Notes under the pieces: model-generated
The model's input: only the letters and a program-made list of their open reading frames with translations
Told to the model about the DNA's origin: nothing
Database searches by the model: none
Program-made: the position numbers and the translations under genes
Source of the DNA: a virus
Virus record (IMG/VR): IMGVR_UViG_3300030450_002194
Coordinates: 7,006 to 71,005 of that record
DNA length: 64,000 nucleotides
Strand: one strand, 5' to 3'
In this document: positions 1 through 10,622 of the stretch, one piece after another
Layout of the letters: every line of letters begins with the position of its first letter
How positions within the stretch are numbered: the first letter of the stretch is position 1

Positions 1-63
1 TCTTCTATTACTAGAAGACACTCTCTTATATCCCCCACATTTTGAACATTTATAATCACTCAT
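1..63 (-). CDS. partial small Zn-finger protein (runs off window)
   Basis: ATG at 63 after GGAG; reads MSDYKCSKCGGYKRV..., CxxC. Confidence 0.5.
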   Translation of the reverse strand, partial: MSDYKCSKCGGYKRVSSSNRR

Positions 64-64
64 T

Positions 65-166
65 TTACGGTCTCCTTATAGTAGTTTCACTAAACGCTTT
101 TAATATAAAGTGTACACAAATTATGTAAAGTCCTATTACTGGAAGTGTACATAATAAATCCGTCAT
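65..166 (-). CDS. 33 aa hydrophobic peptide
   Basis: ATGA overlap with polB stop; MTDLLCTLPVIGLYIICVHFILKAF...; hand-translated. Confidence 0.4.
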   Translation of the reverse strand: MTDLLCTLPVIGLYIICVHFILKAFSETTIRRP

Positions 167-1848
167 ATTTCCATCACCTTAAACGCTGCTTCTCTAATGG
201 CTTCTCTAGCACTAGCAGTAATACTAGCGGCTAAATCTATATCTGCCCAACCAAATCCCTGGTAGGCAACAATTCCGTAAAAAGAAGCCATCAATCTTTT
301 TACGGCTAACTGGTTATTGTTCCACTTTATGTAATCTTCCTTAGATTCTGCGGCCTTCATCTTTTTCTTATAATCATTCCGCAATTCTTTCAATTCTAAA
401 ACCGCTCTAGGTAAAAGACCTAACTCATCAGTTTTATAATAAAGCATTTCTTTCTCATCTTCATCAGTGAAATCCCTAGGTGTTAGAATATTAACACCAA
501 AAACAGTTGGTTCAATTGATTTAGTTTCCCATGAGATGTTTCGTGCAATCATCATACTCGGATAAAGTCCAGCAAAGTCAAAGGCGGCTACACCTAGATG
601 TAAACCATTTGTTCCTTCTGTCATAGGGTCATAAATCATTGCACCTTGATAATCAACCTTATCTCCATGTTCACCAGTAGGTGCTTTCCAAGTTGCATTA
701 CGCATAAAGTATATCCCACCCATATTACTTGCATAGAAGCAAGCATCGAATGGGGCCTTTAGTAATCTTTGTAAAGCAATTACTGCTTCAGATGTAAAGT
801 TTTCTTCATCAATTCTAACAAGAAGCATAACGTCAACGGCTGCATAATCGAGATAATGCTTAGTGTCTTCTAACCATCCTCTAGAGAAAAACTCATTCTT
901 ATCTGGAAACTTCTCAGATACTAGTTTCTTCTCACCTAACACTATATCAGCAACATAATCTAATGCTAATGACGGTAAGGTTCCTCTTTGTGCGTCATTC
1001 CACTGGCGTTCAAAAGCCAAGTCTAGATTTAATACTAGCCTTCCTCTAACTGGTTGTTCTATAGGGCTGTAATTGTTCACGTTTTTGGAAAGTTTGATAC
1101 CTTCATCGAAATAAACCCCCTTCACATCGTTATATGGCGATAATTTTCTGGGGTCAAGCCCATTAGCATGGAGTCTTTCGATTAATTTTGGCAGGTCGAA
1201 TTTAGAACCGAACCAAGAAATCATCATATCTGGGTCTTCTTTTCTAAGTCGCCCTACAAAAGTCTCTAACATTTCTCTCTCCGTTAGGAAACCTTCACCA
1301 ATAAGATTTCTTTTAGGTGGAGTATCTCTAGGAAGCCAATATAAAACTCTATTTCTTTTAGTATAGTTATCATAGAAAACCATACAAGTAATAGCCCCAT
1401 CGTGTTCTCCCCCCTGTTGCCATTCTAAATCCCAATACCATTTCCTAAGATTATACTCTGGCATCTGCTTAATGTTATCAACAGCATATCTATAATGATA
1501 GGCTACATCTGCTTCAAATGTTTCCTTCCATTCTTTCCTTAATGTTCTCATATATCCAGGTTTAGGAGGATACCAAGTTACTTTCTTTAAGGGGGTTCCA
1601 TCTAAAGATTTAGAACCATCTATCTCATAGGAAAGAGTAATGTCTACTCTACTCCCAAAATCTCTAAATGTGATTCTATCAATATTTCTATCTGTTGTTT
1701 TAATATAGAAATATGGAGGAGCATCATTATAGGATACTGTTTCCTCTTGTCTATTATCATTTTCATCTCGCCATCTAAGGGCTATCATATTATTTTTATC
1801 TATCGTACTAATTATCATATTCTCACTCATTTCTAATATAGGGTGCAA
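163..1848 (-). CDS. polB: family B DNA polymerase, N-terminal part (exonuclease plus motifs A and B); likely start ~1818
   Basis: ExoI WDLE, ExoII FGSKFDLP, ExoIII YAAVDV, motif A FDFAGLYPS, motif B QLAVKRLMASFYG; ends before YGDTDS. Confidence 0.93.
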   Translation of the reverse strand: MHPILEMSENMIISTIDKNNMIALRWRDENDNRQEETVSYNDAPPYFYIKTTDRNIDRITFRDFGSRVDITLSYEIDGSKSLDGTPLKKVTWYPPKPGYMRTLRKEWKETFEADVAYHYRYAVDNIKQMPEYNLRKWYWDLEWQQGGEHDGAITCMVFYDNYTKRNRVLYWLPRDTPPKRNLIGEGFLTEREMLETFVGRLRKEDPDMMISWFGSKFDLPKLIERLHANGLDPRKLSPYNDVKGVYFDEGIKLSKNVNNYSPIEQPVRGRLVLNLDLAFERQWNDAQRGTLPSLALDYVADIVLGEKKLVSEKFPDKNEFFSRGWLEDTKHYLDYAAVDVMLLVRIDEENFTSEAVIALQRLLKAPFDACFYASNMGGIYFMRNATWKAPTGEHGDKVDYQGAMIYDPMTEGTNGLHLGVAAFDFAGLYPSMMIARNISWETKSIEPTVFGVNILTPRDFTDEDEKEMLYYKTDELGLLPRAVLELKELRNDYKKKMKAAESKEDYIKWNNNQLAVKRLMASFYGIVAYQGFGWADIDLAASITASAREAIREAAFKVMEI

Positions 1849-2599
1849 TCACCATTTTTCTATTCGGCCCTGTTATTACTATTGGTTTATTATCCCCACT
1901 CCAAAGAGCCATTACATTTTTCACACAAAATTTACCAATTGGTGCAGAAAATTCTACAGTTAAGTCTTCTCTAGAAGGAGTACCAACTAAGGCAATCGTT
2001 CTATCTACAAACTCTGTTCTATGAAAGTTAGAAGATGAGATAGTTATGTCACTTTGTCCTGCAATATATTCTATCTTAAAGGATGCTGTTCCAACCAAGT
2101 TACAAAACTTAATTGCATTCGCTAATTCTTCACCGTTTACCATAAGCATACAAGGTAGTTGTGTTTTACCAAAAACTACTGGTTCACCAGTCTTAATACT
2201 AAGACCCCTAATCATAGAAATTAGGCCCATGTTATTGTGTTCTACTAATACTGGTACTTTAATAGAAGTCCTACCCATATTGAAAGCAATATTAGATTCC
2301 CCAATACTAATCTTTAAACTTCCTGCTTTGAGATTTTTAAGGTACTTCATAATCTTTTCAATATCAAATATAAACATATATTCTTTTTGTGGTTCTCCCT
2401 CTATATCTATTGTCACACTAATAGCACTTTTATCATTACCATTAAGTAACTCTAATCTAGTATCTTTAATAATGCCAACAGCAGTATTGCTGATAACACC
2501 AACTTTAGATACAGTCGAGGACTTATATTTGCCTCTCAGCCAAATTGCCTCAACCGCATCTCTAAATTTATCTAAATCACAGTTTATTATTTTACTCAT
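1823..2599 (-). CDS. putative PCNA-like sliding clamp
   Basis: ~258 aa, two-lobed alpha/beta pattern, C-terminal IAP, next to polB and near RFC genes. Confidence 0.6.
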   Translation of the reverse strand: MSKIINCDLDKFRDAVEAIWLRGKYKSSTVSKVGVISNTAVGIIKDTRLELLNGNDKSAISVTIDIEGEPQKEYMFIFDIEKIMKYLKNLKAGSLKISIGESNIAFNMGRTSIKVPVLVEHNNMGLISMIRGLSIKTGEPVVFGKTQLPCMLMVNGEELANAIKFCNLVGTASFKIEYIAGQSDITISSSNFHRTEFVDRTIALVGTPSREDLTVEFSAPIGKFCVKNVMALWSGDNKPIVITGPNRKMVIAPYIRNE

Positions 2600-3492
2600 A
2601 GTTTTCCCTCTCGTAGTTCTGGAATCCCAAACCATTTATTATCACCGTTGGTGGTGAAAATAGTCCATTCCTGTCCTACAAGGGAGGGATTCGTTTTACT
2701 AGCCGTTAATTTGGCTACATAGTTTGTGGTCTTTCCCTTCATTACCTTTTCAATATGAATCATCTGCACGAATCTAGCAGGTGTTGATTTATGCCAATCA
2801 GGTACTTCTCCTATAGGAGTAGGTACATTGATATTATCATACACAGGTTTCATATGTGTAATCAAAAACCTATCACATTCTAAACTACATACTAAGTCTA
2901 GTAATCTGTTATAGATTCTATTCCTAATCTTCCAATCAAGTGTAGATACTCTTACTGAATCAGTAGCATGAACGATACTACCTTCCTTAGTTTGTTGCTT
3001 TACTAGCAACTCTCTAAGCACATCGCTTGAGCCTTCAAATGCCTTATCTACTCCATCAAGGCAGAAGGATTTAACATCTCCTGTCTTAATCAAGTCCTTA
3101 GCATATTGGCAAAAACTATTTGCATTATTAAAGGTCTCTTCCCAATCAGTAGAACCATCTGTTCTAACTTCTATTGGGCTAAAGATAACTATGTTATCAT
3201 CTCTATCCCAAGCAGAATCCCACGTTGGTTCAGCCCCATTATCAAAATCCAAAATAAGAATCTTCTTACCTTCTTTTACTTCTTCTTCAGTTCTAGAATC
3301 TAAAACCAATCCGGTCTTACCCACCTTTGGGTTACCCGTTATTGAGCATAGATTATAACTTCTATCCCTATTTAGTCTGGCCTGTATTTGTGCCAATATC
3401 TTTTTCTTTTGTTCTGCGAAAAAGTCTGGGTTATTAACTCCATCATCACTTCCCGCATTTCCTTTCTTATCTTTAGTCCAATCCATATTCAT
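2596..3492 (-). CDS. RecA-fold ATPase, Sak4/AAA_24-like recombinase
   Basis: Walker A GNPKVGKT, LDFDNG, Walker B CLDGVD, ITHMK. Confidence 0.75.
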   Translation of the reverse strand: MNMDWTKDKKGNAGSDDGVNNPDFFAEQKKKILAQIQARLNRDRSYNLCSITGNPKVGKTGLVLDSRTEEEVKEGKKILILDFDNGAEPTWDSAWDRDDNIVIFSPIEVRTDGSTDWEETFNNANSFCQYAKDLIKTGDVKSFCLDGVDKAFEGSSDVLRELLVKQQTKEGSIVHATDSVRVSTLDWKIRNRIYNRLLDLVCSLECDRFLITHMKPVYDNINVPTPIGEVPDWHKSTPARFVQMIHIEKVMKGKTTNYVAKLTASKTNPSLVGQEWTIFTTNGDNKWFGIPELREGKL

Positions 3493-3712
3493 CGCCTATT
3501 TTTAATTCTAATGTGTCTTGATAGACAGCATCCACTATATCTCTTAAGTCGTCCTCCGCAACCTTAACTCTAATTTCTTTACCAGAAGGTAAATGAAGTT
3601 TCACCCAATAATCTCCGGTGTCTTCATTAACTCTCCAAGTAAGAAATTCTACTGAGTCAAGATGTAACGCATAACTACTTCCATGTATTATTCTATTTGT
3701 AATACTATACAT
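3473..3712 (-). CDS. hypothetical protein
   Basis: 79 aa ORF in operon. Confidence 0.6.
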   Translation of the reverse strand: MYSITNRIIHGSSYALHLDSVEFLTWRVNEDTGDYWVKLHLPSGKEIRVKVAEDDLRDIVDAVYQDTLELKIGDEYGLD

Positions 3713-3780
3713 TTTAATTCCTCTTTTGGGGGCTTTGCACCCCCTCGTTGGTCACTACTACCAATAAGATATAATTATAC

Positions 3781-5022
3781 TCAGAACCAGTCCAAGTCTT
3801 CTTCTTCTGCTGCAACGAATGGTTCTGCAACAACACCCATGTTGTTAATACATAGCACACCGCTTAGGTTTAATGAAACATCTCTCATGCTACCATCATC
3901 ATTTCGCCCTTGAGAAGTTCTGCCTACAACCAATACACTTGAATTGATACCAAAATCAATATCAAGGTGTGCTGGAACCCAGCAAGTTGTTCCTGCCCAT
4001 CCTGCTGCATCATAGTTATAATCAGCATTAACATCTGTTATAGTCAACCTTCTGCTACCAATCTTGTTAGGTGTAGCATTAATGTTTGTCACAGTCCCAT
4101 CTGTAATAACAAACTTTTCAGCAAAGTTTCTATCTGCTACAGAAGCATGATACCTGTTAAGGTCAATCAATGGGCTATAGTTATCCAATGCATGTTCCAT
4201 AGTATAGTTTTGCATATCAGTAATGCTTGGTTCTGCAACTCTTGTGTCATCTGTTAGGTCAGCATTCATCTTCAAACTCTCAAGGGTTCCGGTCTTAAAA
4301 CCATAAATCCTGTTTGGAGTGTTGCTATCCCTAATGCAATCAAAGTGTAGAAGCCTAAAGGTTCTAGGTGTAAACTTCTTTGCAGCCTCTCCCTTGTAAG
4401 AGAAGTAATACATTCCTTCTTCACCATCAACCTCACCCAAGAAAACCCCTTGCATTCTGCTTTGTGAAGCAGGTAGTGGCTTTCCATAGTTAGGGTTCTT
4501 CCTTTCACCATATGCAGCAATATTATCTAGTGGAATAATCCACTGTGCAGTATCAACCTCCATATGATTGTCTGGTAGAGCATCAACAACCTTTTCTTGT
4601 ACAGCACCATCAAAGGTTCTACTTACAACAAACTTTTCTACTCCACTTACGAGGGTTTGTGTTGCTACTGCAACCCTACCAGAATCATAGGTTGTTGTTG
4701 GCTCTCTGCTGTATTGCTCAAATATCTGATTGTTAAGCCTAGCCCCCATATCCATTGGCTCATTCACAGATAGGAAATAACCAGTAGCCTTCTTAATGAA
4801 GGAACCACCGCCCGTTTCCTGCGCAGGTGCATCCTTATACTGGTATGCCCCGCTAAACCATTGCCTAAACAATGACAATGCCAGTAGCATGTCGCTTGTT
4901 GGGTCAAGGGTATTTGTCTTGCAGATTTCAAAATACTTTTCCTCTACAATACTTACTTCCATTTCTAGTTTTTCACTAGCCTTATTTATTTCATTACGTA
5001 CTTTTTCTTCCATAATATTCAT
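3781..5022 (-). CDS. putative OB-fold ssDNA-binding protein (RPA/SSB-like)
   Basis: beta-rich C-terminal OB-like segment, acidic-aromatic tail EEEDLDWF, close to recombinase. Confidence 0.55.
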   Translation of the reverse strand: MNIMEEKVRNEINKASEKLEMEVSIVEEKYFEICKTNTLDPTSDMLLALSLFRQWFSGAYQYKDAPAQETGGGSFIKKATGYFLSVNEPMDMGARLNNQIFEQYSREPTTTYDSGRVAVATQTLVSGVEKFVVSRTFDGAVQEKVVDALPDNHMEVDTAQWIIPLDNIAAYGERKNPNYGKPLPASQSRMQGVFLGEVDGEEGMYYFSYKGEAAKKFTPRTFRLLHFDCIRDSNTPNRIYGFKTGTLESLKMNADLTDDTRVAEPSITDMQNYTMEHALDNYSPLIDLNRYHASVADRNFAEKFVITDGTVTNINATPNKIGSRRLTITDVNADYNYDAAGWAGTTCWVPAHLDIDFGINSSVLVVGRTSQGRNDDGSMRDVSLNLSGVLCINNMGVVAEPFVAAEEEDLDWF

Positions 5023-5122
5023 TTCCTTTTATTTTTTCTTTCTGCTTCCATATTCCTGTGATAGCGTTCCCAGGTCATACCTTCTGTATGAGTAATCCAC
5101 TTCCAAAGTCGCTTTAACAACT

Positions 5123-5407
5123 TCATCTTTCTTCCTCATGTGGTATGAGTTTCTTCTTTCTACGCTCGTAGATAATTTCTAATAACGCTTCTGCGCTAAT
5201 TACAATTCCTGCTAATACCCAAAAGGTATCAGAGTTAACTTTTATTATTCCCATTGTATTTAAGATAGGCAATACTATTAAAAGCAATCCACCTAATAGA
5301 ATAATTTCATATCTTAACATCAAATGCTTAAAGTCATTCATATCAACAACCCCATCATCATTGAAATCTAATATTTTTCTAGCCATATTAAAACCTTCCA
5401 TAGTCAT
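5123..5407 (-). CDS. small membrane protein with EF-hand/dockerin-like loop
   Basis: DFNDDGVVDMND followed by two hydrophobic helices. Confidence 0.55.
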   Translation of the reverse strand: MTMEGFNMARKILDFNDDGVVDMNDFKHLMLRYEIILLGGLLLIVLPILNTMGIIKVNSDTFWVLAGIVISAEALLEIIYERRKKKLIPHEEER

Positions 5408-5467
5408 CTCTTACAAACAATAACCGATACAAAACAAAGCACACTATTACTACTATTATGCCGTCCA

Positions 5468-6370
5468 TTATATCATCTGTCCTATTAACCAAGAAGCCAG
5501 AACCTTCGGAGTCATGTTACTACTTCTCCACTCAGCCTCCCCGATTACTCTTAGATACTTAAACTTCTGCATTGGTTCTAAATCAGAATCAACAAATACA
5601 TCGTGTAAATTCTGACAAACAACTTTCATATCTACCGATAGGTAAACAAGTTTATGCAGTTGTGCGAGTCCTCCATTATAATCTTTATTTAGAACAGCAT
5701 CTCTTATTTGGTGGTAAGGTTCATGTGTTCTCTCTATTAGCATTGTTATAGGGGTATTGCTATTTACTGAGGCTTGTATCTCAGTGATTCCCCTACGCAA
5801 GTCACCTTGCAAGGTAGTAATAAAGGTATCGAAATCTTTCTCTTCCGGTTGAGTTTTACCCTCCTTATTGAGAATATTAATCAATACCTCCTTTATCTGG
5901 GCATTACTCAATGCTGTAAAACCATAGTTAGCACACCTAGATTGTAAAGGTGCTATTATCTTATGTCTATGATTACATGTAATAACAAATCTCACATTGC
6001 TACTAAACCTTTCCATTATTCTTTTCAATGCATTTTGAGCGTCCGGTGTCATACCGTCCATCTCATCTAGTAATATTATCTTATGAGGTACATCTCCTAC
6101 CTTCATTGAAGTAGCCACTTCTTTAATAGTAGTTCTAACTACCTCTAACTTCCTATCATCTGATGCATTGATTTCATAAAAGTTTGATTGTTTATCATCT
6201 CCTAAGATTATATTAGCCACCACATTAGCAGCAGCAGTTTTGCCTACACCCGCAGGCCCATACAATATTAGGTTGGGCATTATATCCCAATTCTTTACAT
6301 CGTTTACAAATTTATCTTGTCCTACTATCTGTTCAATAGTAGAAGGTCTATACTTTTCTGTCCATAACAT
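5468..6370 (-). CDS. rfcS: replication factor C small subunit (clamp loader)
   Basis: WTEKYRP, GPAGVGKT, EINASD, LDEMD, AQNAL, SRC motif, GDLR. Confidence 0.95.
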   Translation of the reverse strand: MLWTEKYRPSTIEQIVGQDKFVNDVKNWDIMPNLILYGPAGVGKTAAANVVANIILGDDKQSNFYEINASDDRKLEVVRTTIKEVATSMKVGDVPHKIILLDEMDGMTPDAQNALKRIMERFSSNVRFVITCNHRHKIIAPLQSRCANYGFTALSNAQIKEVLINILNKEGKTQPEEKDFDTFITTLQGDLRRGITEIQASVNSNTPITMLIERTHEPYHQIRDAVLNKDYNGGLAQLHKLVYLSVDMKVVCQNLHDVFVDSDLEPMQKFKYLRVIGEAEWRSSNMTPKVLASWLIGQMI

Positions 6371-6372
6371 TT

Positions 6373-6714
6373 TTATTCCTCCAATCTAATTTTACATTGA
6401 GGGCATCTAATTTTCAAATCCTCAATACTATTCTTAATATCTACCTTTGCATTATAATGCTCATCCGGCAAATATGAAAAATCTGGTAATGCAGGTAAAG
6501 GTGATTTATGATTCATACCCCTACGCAACATCTCTTCTGCTAGTTCATCGTGTCTCTTCTGATACGAAGAAAGTTCTATTTGAACTACAGGTTCAACTCT
6601 CTTTGTAACTCTAAACTTCTTATGGAAACTAGGAATGAACTTATGCAGTTCTCCATGTTCTCCTAACAAGTGTTGATTACACATTAATTTTGGGTCTATC
6701 ATCCACATTCTCAT
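6373..6714 (-). CDS. pyrimidine-dimer DNA glycosylase (T4 endonuclease V-like family)
   Basis: MRMWMIDPKLMCNQHLLGEHGELH and RHDELAEEMLRRGMNHKSP. Confidence 0.75.
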   Translation of the reverse strand: MRMWMIDPKLMCNQHLLGEHGELHKFIPSFHKKFRVTKRVEPVVQIELSSYQKRHDELAEEMLRRGMNHKSPLPALPDFSYLPDEHYNAKVDIKNSIEDLKIRCPQCKIRLEE

Positions 6715-6921
6715 TTATTCTTCCTCCCATAGTTTCTTATCCCAAGGGTTTACCATAACAATATAATCATTAACAAACACGTTGACACAGGGGATACAAA
6801 CTGAACCCCCATCTACTTCAACATACTTTCTTATACCAAACATAACTCTATTAGTATGATTACAAACTACACACTTTTCTATTTTGTTTTGTGATTCATT
6901 TCCTACATACCAAATAGTCAT
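6715..6921 (-). CDS. small Zn-finger protein
   Basis: CVVC...CIPC. Confidence 0.55.
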   Translation of the reverse strand: MTIWYVGNESQNKIEKCVVCNHTNRVMFGIRKYVEVDGGSVCIPCVNVFVNDYIVMVNPWDKKLWEEE

Positions 6922-7178
6922 TCTTCTTCACTTCCTATATATTCCCACACAGTAGTCTTATTGACTTTTTTCTTATAAATTGCAAAGTCCTTAGATTGCT
7001 TTAATAGGTTACCAACCTGAGTAATACTAGATTGAGTATATCTATGTATTTTGCCTGTGTTTTTATTTCTATATGTATTTAAATATTCTAACGCTTCTCT
7101 TGCATGAAATGTATTATGCTTTTTACCAAATTCTCTAAGTGCTTTCATTCTATATACATGTTTAATTTTTCCGGCCAT
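6918..7178 (-). CDS. hypothetical basic protein, possibly winged helix
   Basis: 86 aa basic ORF coupled to neighbours. Confidence 0.5.
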   Translation of the reverse strand: MAGKIKHVYRMKALREFGKKHNTFHAREALEYLNTYRNKNTGKIHRYTQSSITQVGNLLKQSKDFAIYKKKVNKTTVWEYIGSEEE

Positions 7179-8020
7179 TATAAATAATCCTCCAGTGTTA
7201 CTGTCTTCTCTTCTTTTTTCTTAGAAACAATCTGTTTCTTAATGCCTGCTGCTGTCCTATCAACAGGTGATAGTTTACTATATACATAGTTTTGAAACTC
7301 ATTGTCTTGTTTCAACAGTTCTAATAAATCATAGTCAGTTGCCCTAAGTCCTATCTTTCTACATATTAGTGGTCTTCTATCATAAGCCTTCCTTCTAGGA
7401 GGGCTAAATGAAATTGGTGCGCCAGGATGCGCATATGCTATTAACTCATAGAGATAGTCAGAAGACCATCTTCTTTTAACTTTAGCATCTATTAGTGCTA
7501 TCTTCCCAGAGTTAAGGGAAGTCATAACCCAAGTTAATAACATCTCATCATATGGTTTATTATGCTTTAACATATCTGCAACTTTATCTCTGTCCTTAGA
7601 CCTAAGATAAATATTAATCATTTCAAATATATTCTTATCTAAGCCAGTATCAATCTCTTCTGTATTAACACAACCATTTTCTTTAAGTTTAATCTGAGCA
7701 TGGTTAATACTACCTGCTCTTTTTAATTTACACATGTCGTATAATTTCTTAGGTACATCTTTCTGATTAATAGAAGTCAACACAATTGTTCCTTTGTATT
7801 CTAACAATGTTTGTATTATCAAATCTACATTGGGTTTGTGATGTGCCTCTTCTATTAATATACCCCTATCAACGGGGATACTAAAGTTGTCCTCTATATC
7901 ATATTCATTCGCGTATCTAATGATAGGATTATCTGGTAAGCATTCTAATGCTTTAGTTGTCTTTCCTGTCCCACTTTTTCCTACATATATCAACGGTCTT
8001 ATAGTATTTCTATTCATCAT
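7178..8020 (-). CDS. P-loop ATPase, probable divergent clamp-loader large subunit
   Basis: GKSGTGKTT, ILIEEA, IVLTS; C-terminal TLEDYL resembles a PIP-like motif. Confidence 0.55.
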   Translation of the reverse strand: MMNRNTIRPLIYVGKSGTGKTTKALECLPDNPIIRYANEYDIEDNFSIPVDRGILIEEAHHKPNVDLIIQTLLEYKGTIVLTSINQKDVPKKLYDMCKLKRAGSINHAQIKLKENGCVNTEEIDTGLDKNIFEMINIYLRSKDRDKVADMLKHNKPYDEMLLTWVMTSLNSGKIALIDAKVKRRWSSDYLYELIAYAHPGAPISFSPPRRKAYDRRPLICRKIGLRATDYDLLELLKQDNEFQNYVYSKLSPVDRTAAGIKKQIVSKKKEEKTVTLEDYL

Positions 8021-8234
8021 TTTTATTCCTCATCGCCATAATGTCTGTATATTCAACATTACATTTAGGACATTCAACCTGTAAGAAGAAAACTTTAGTA
8101 CCATCTGGTTCTTGTGATACATTTGTAGTAAATACAATGTATCTAAAACCACACTCTTTACATCCGTCCTCTATCGTTGCTGCCACGCTATTTTCTAATA
8201 ACGCTATGTCCTTCGATGAAAATGTTGTCATCAT
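8010..8234 (-). CDS. Zn-ribbon protein
   Basis: CKEC...CPKC. Confidence 0.6.
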   Translation of the reverse strand: MMTTFSSKDIALLENSVAATIEDGCKECGFRYIVFTTNVSQEPDGTKVFFLQVECPKCNVEYTDIMAMRNKNDE

Positions 8235-8629
8235 AGTTCACCTTTAATTTGTAAGATTCTTTCCAATCCTTCTAAGGTGTGGTGTTCACCCGAATCTAAT
8301 ATTTCAATTATCTCTTCAAAGTCATTCCAATTATCTTTGGCATCTGGTAAATCGTCAGGTATTACTTGACAAAGTTTCCATATATTTGTTAGCCCTCCTA
8401 TTGTTAGGATAGGCCTAGGTCTGCTTTTATGTTCTTTTTCTTTGTAGTTAGATTCTACCCCATGTTGTAATAGTGTACGTTGTACACCTAGTAAAAAGTT
8501 AGAGGCCCCACGTATATTTACTCTAACCCTTACTCTATATCCTATCTGTAGTTTTGCAGCCTTTGCGACATGCACTTCTGGCTTTGCAATAGATAGGAGT
8601 ATTCCTTGTAATTGCCCTTTACTATACAT
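8231..8629 (-). CDS. LAGLIDADG-fold protein (degenerate)
   Basis: N-terminal helix LQGILLSIA, GYRVRVRVNI strand, C-terminal HHTLEGLERILQIK typical of LAGLIDADG domains. Confidence 0.6.
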   Translation of the reverse strand: MYSKGQLQGILLSIAKPEVHVAKAAKLQIGYRVRVRVNIRGASNFLLGVQRTLLQHGVESNYKEKEHKSRPRPILTIGGLTNIWKLCQVIPDDLPDAKDNWNDFEEIIEILDSGEHHTLEGLERILQIKGEL

Positions 8630-9098
8630 TATTTTCCCTCAAATATATCTTGTAATCTTTTGCTAGTTCTCTGTTCTGCGGCCACTTACCAAAACCTTGG
8701 TATTGGTCTAATTCTAGCCAATGCCAATGTGCTGCTGTCACTCTATCATCACCTGCATTCTCAGCGTTAGTTTCTGCTCTATCGGCTAACATCATTACAA
8801 GATATTCTAAATGTTCAGCAACAAAATAAGCCAAGTCATGTGATACTGGCATATCAATTTGTTCTTTGATTAACTTCATGTAATGAAACCTAGTCATTCT
8901 TTTACGATTAACAGGTGGGGGTTTAGGTATTACAAGTTGGTTTTTCTCGTCCACAAAAGGGACTAATTTGGCATCCATCTTTCGATACCGACCCCTACTT
9001 TCCTCCCCAACCTTCTTCAAAAACGCCACGCCGTCCTCTATTTTTACACAAGTATAGGGTAAATGCTCTAATAGGGTCATTGAGCCTACGGTAATCAC
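8622..9098 (-). CDS. protein with C-terminal histone fold
   Basis: KLIKEQIDMPVSHDL...LADRAETNAENAGDDRVTAAH matches helix1-L1-helix2-L2 pattern. Confidence 0.6.
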   Translation of the reverse strand: MITVGSMTLLEHLPYTCVKIEDGVAFLKKVGEESRGRYRKMDAKLVPFVDEKNQLVIPKPPPVNRKRMTRFHYMKLIKEQIDMPVSHDLAYFVAEHLEYLVMMLADRAETNAENAGDDRVTAAHWHWLELDQYQGFGKWPQNRELAKDYKIYLRENNV

Positions 9099-10622
9099 TT
9101 ACATCAACTCCTTCACCCTTTGGAGGGTATCGGCTTCAGCAGCATACTTGTCGTGCCGTATCCGCATTGAGCGAGGGAACCTCAAACCAATGTTTCCGTC
9201 AGCATCATTAGAGATTAAATCACTTGTTACTTGCAATACAATTCTAGGCACAAAGAAATACTTATCTCCTTCATACTTTTCTATTCCTTTCCTAAGTTCG
9301 GAAGTAAGATACTGTAAATCATCATCTGAAAAACCAGTACCAACCTTTCCTACTTCAACATAATCACTACCATCCTTTACTGATATTCCAAACGTACCAA
9401 ACCATCCACTTCTTTTACCTTTGCCGTATTGAGCAGAAGTAATAACTACATCTAACTCAATTCGCGGTGGCTTATACTTCAACCATCCTTTGCTTCTCTT
9501 ACCTGGTTCATAAGCCATGTCTGCATCTTTAATCATAATACCTTCAAAGCCCCAATCAATAGCCAGATTATATGCTGCTTCAATAGTAGTATCCTCAAAC
9601 CTAGTTGCAATATAAGGAGATTCAACGTTCTCTTCAAGTTTAATAATTCTGTCTGCCAAGGGTTCCTCTAGTAAAGACCTACCTTGGATTGATAGAATAT
9701 CAAACACTGCTAATTGAATTGGGCATCGTTCTATTGCCTTCGCCTTATCTTTCATATGAACTCTCTTTGCTAATAACTTATGTTCAGCAGGAGAACCATC
9801 TCTATTGATAGGATAGATTTCAGCATCAACGATACAATCAGAACACAATACATGTCCGGCTAGTATCTCGTCAACCAAATCTGCAAATTGATTAGTAACA
9901 AGGTTGCCCTTTCTATTAAAAATCATAACACTTTCTTTTTGAGGTAAGTAATGAATTTGGTATCTATTACCATCATACTTAACATCAATGATGTGATTGC
10001 TTGGCTTTTCCTTTCCTTTCCTTGCCTTTGCTAACATTGGTGTCACCCACAACCCATGTGTTAATTCAACGCTAGGAATAAACCCTTGTTCTAATTCAGC
10101 ACAAATATCTGTGGCAGTATTAAAATGATAATACTTCTTAATATCAGAAATAGTATGCCCATAATGTTTAGCCAGTGCCTTTAGCGGTATGTTATTGTTC
10201 ACACCATTTCTAGGCTTACGCAACCAATAACGTACAAACCACTTCTTTTCTCTAGCACTCATCTTATTAAGGTTCTCAGCAAATAGAGTATATGATGCAC
10301 TTTCAATCCTTGAGCAATCCATATTCAATAGTTGCCAAAACCCCTGAATAGTAATATCTGAATCAGTTTCATTACCTAAATCAATTTCAGCCATTGCTTC
10401 CCCAAAATCACCCCATGTATAAACTGAGGTTTTCACTTCGTCTTCAAATAAACCAAGTGCATTGGCTATCCAAGTCATCGCTCTAGATTCTGCAATATTA
10501 TTTACTGCATATTCTATAGATAATATATTTATCACTAGATGCTTAGAATCAAAAGAAGATAAAGATTCAGATATAGTAGTTACTTTATCAGTAGGCCTTT
10601 GGTCTTCTAATAGTTCACACAT
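9099..10622 (-). CDS. lig: ATP-dependent DNA ligase
   Basis: motif I KYDGNR, VDAEI, FDIL, EGIMIKD, WLKYK, GKVGTGFSD, LRFPR. Confidence 0.96.
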   Translation of the reverse strand: MCELLEDQRPTDKVTTISESLSSFDSKHLVINILSIEYAVNNIAESRAMTWIANALGLFEDEVKTSVYTWGDFGEAMAEIDLGNETDSDITIQGFWQLLNMDCSRIESASYTLFAENLNKMSAREKKWFVRYWLRKPRNGVNNNIPLKALAKHYGHTISDIKKYYHFNTATDICAELEQGFIPSVELTHGLWVTPMLAKARKGKEKPSNHIIDVKYDGNRYQIHYLPQKESVMIFNRKGNLVTNQFADLVDEILAGHVLCSDCIVDAEIYPINRDGSPAEHKLLAKRVHMKDKAKAIERCPIQLAVFDILSIQGRSLLEEPLADRIIKLEENVESPYIATRFEDTTIEAAYNLAIDWGFEGIMIKDADMAYEPGKRSKGWLKYKPPRIELDVVITSAQYGKGKRSGWFGTFGISVKDGSDYVEVGKVGTGFSDDDLQYLTSELRKGIEKYEGDKYFFVPRIVLQVTSDLISNDADGNIGLRFPRSMRIRHDKYAAEADTLQRVKELM

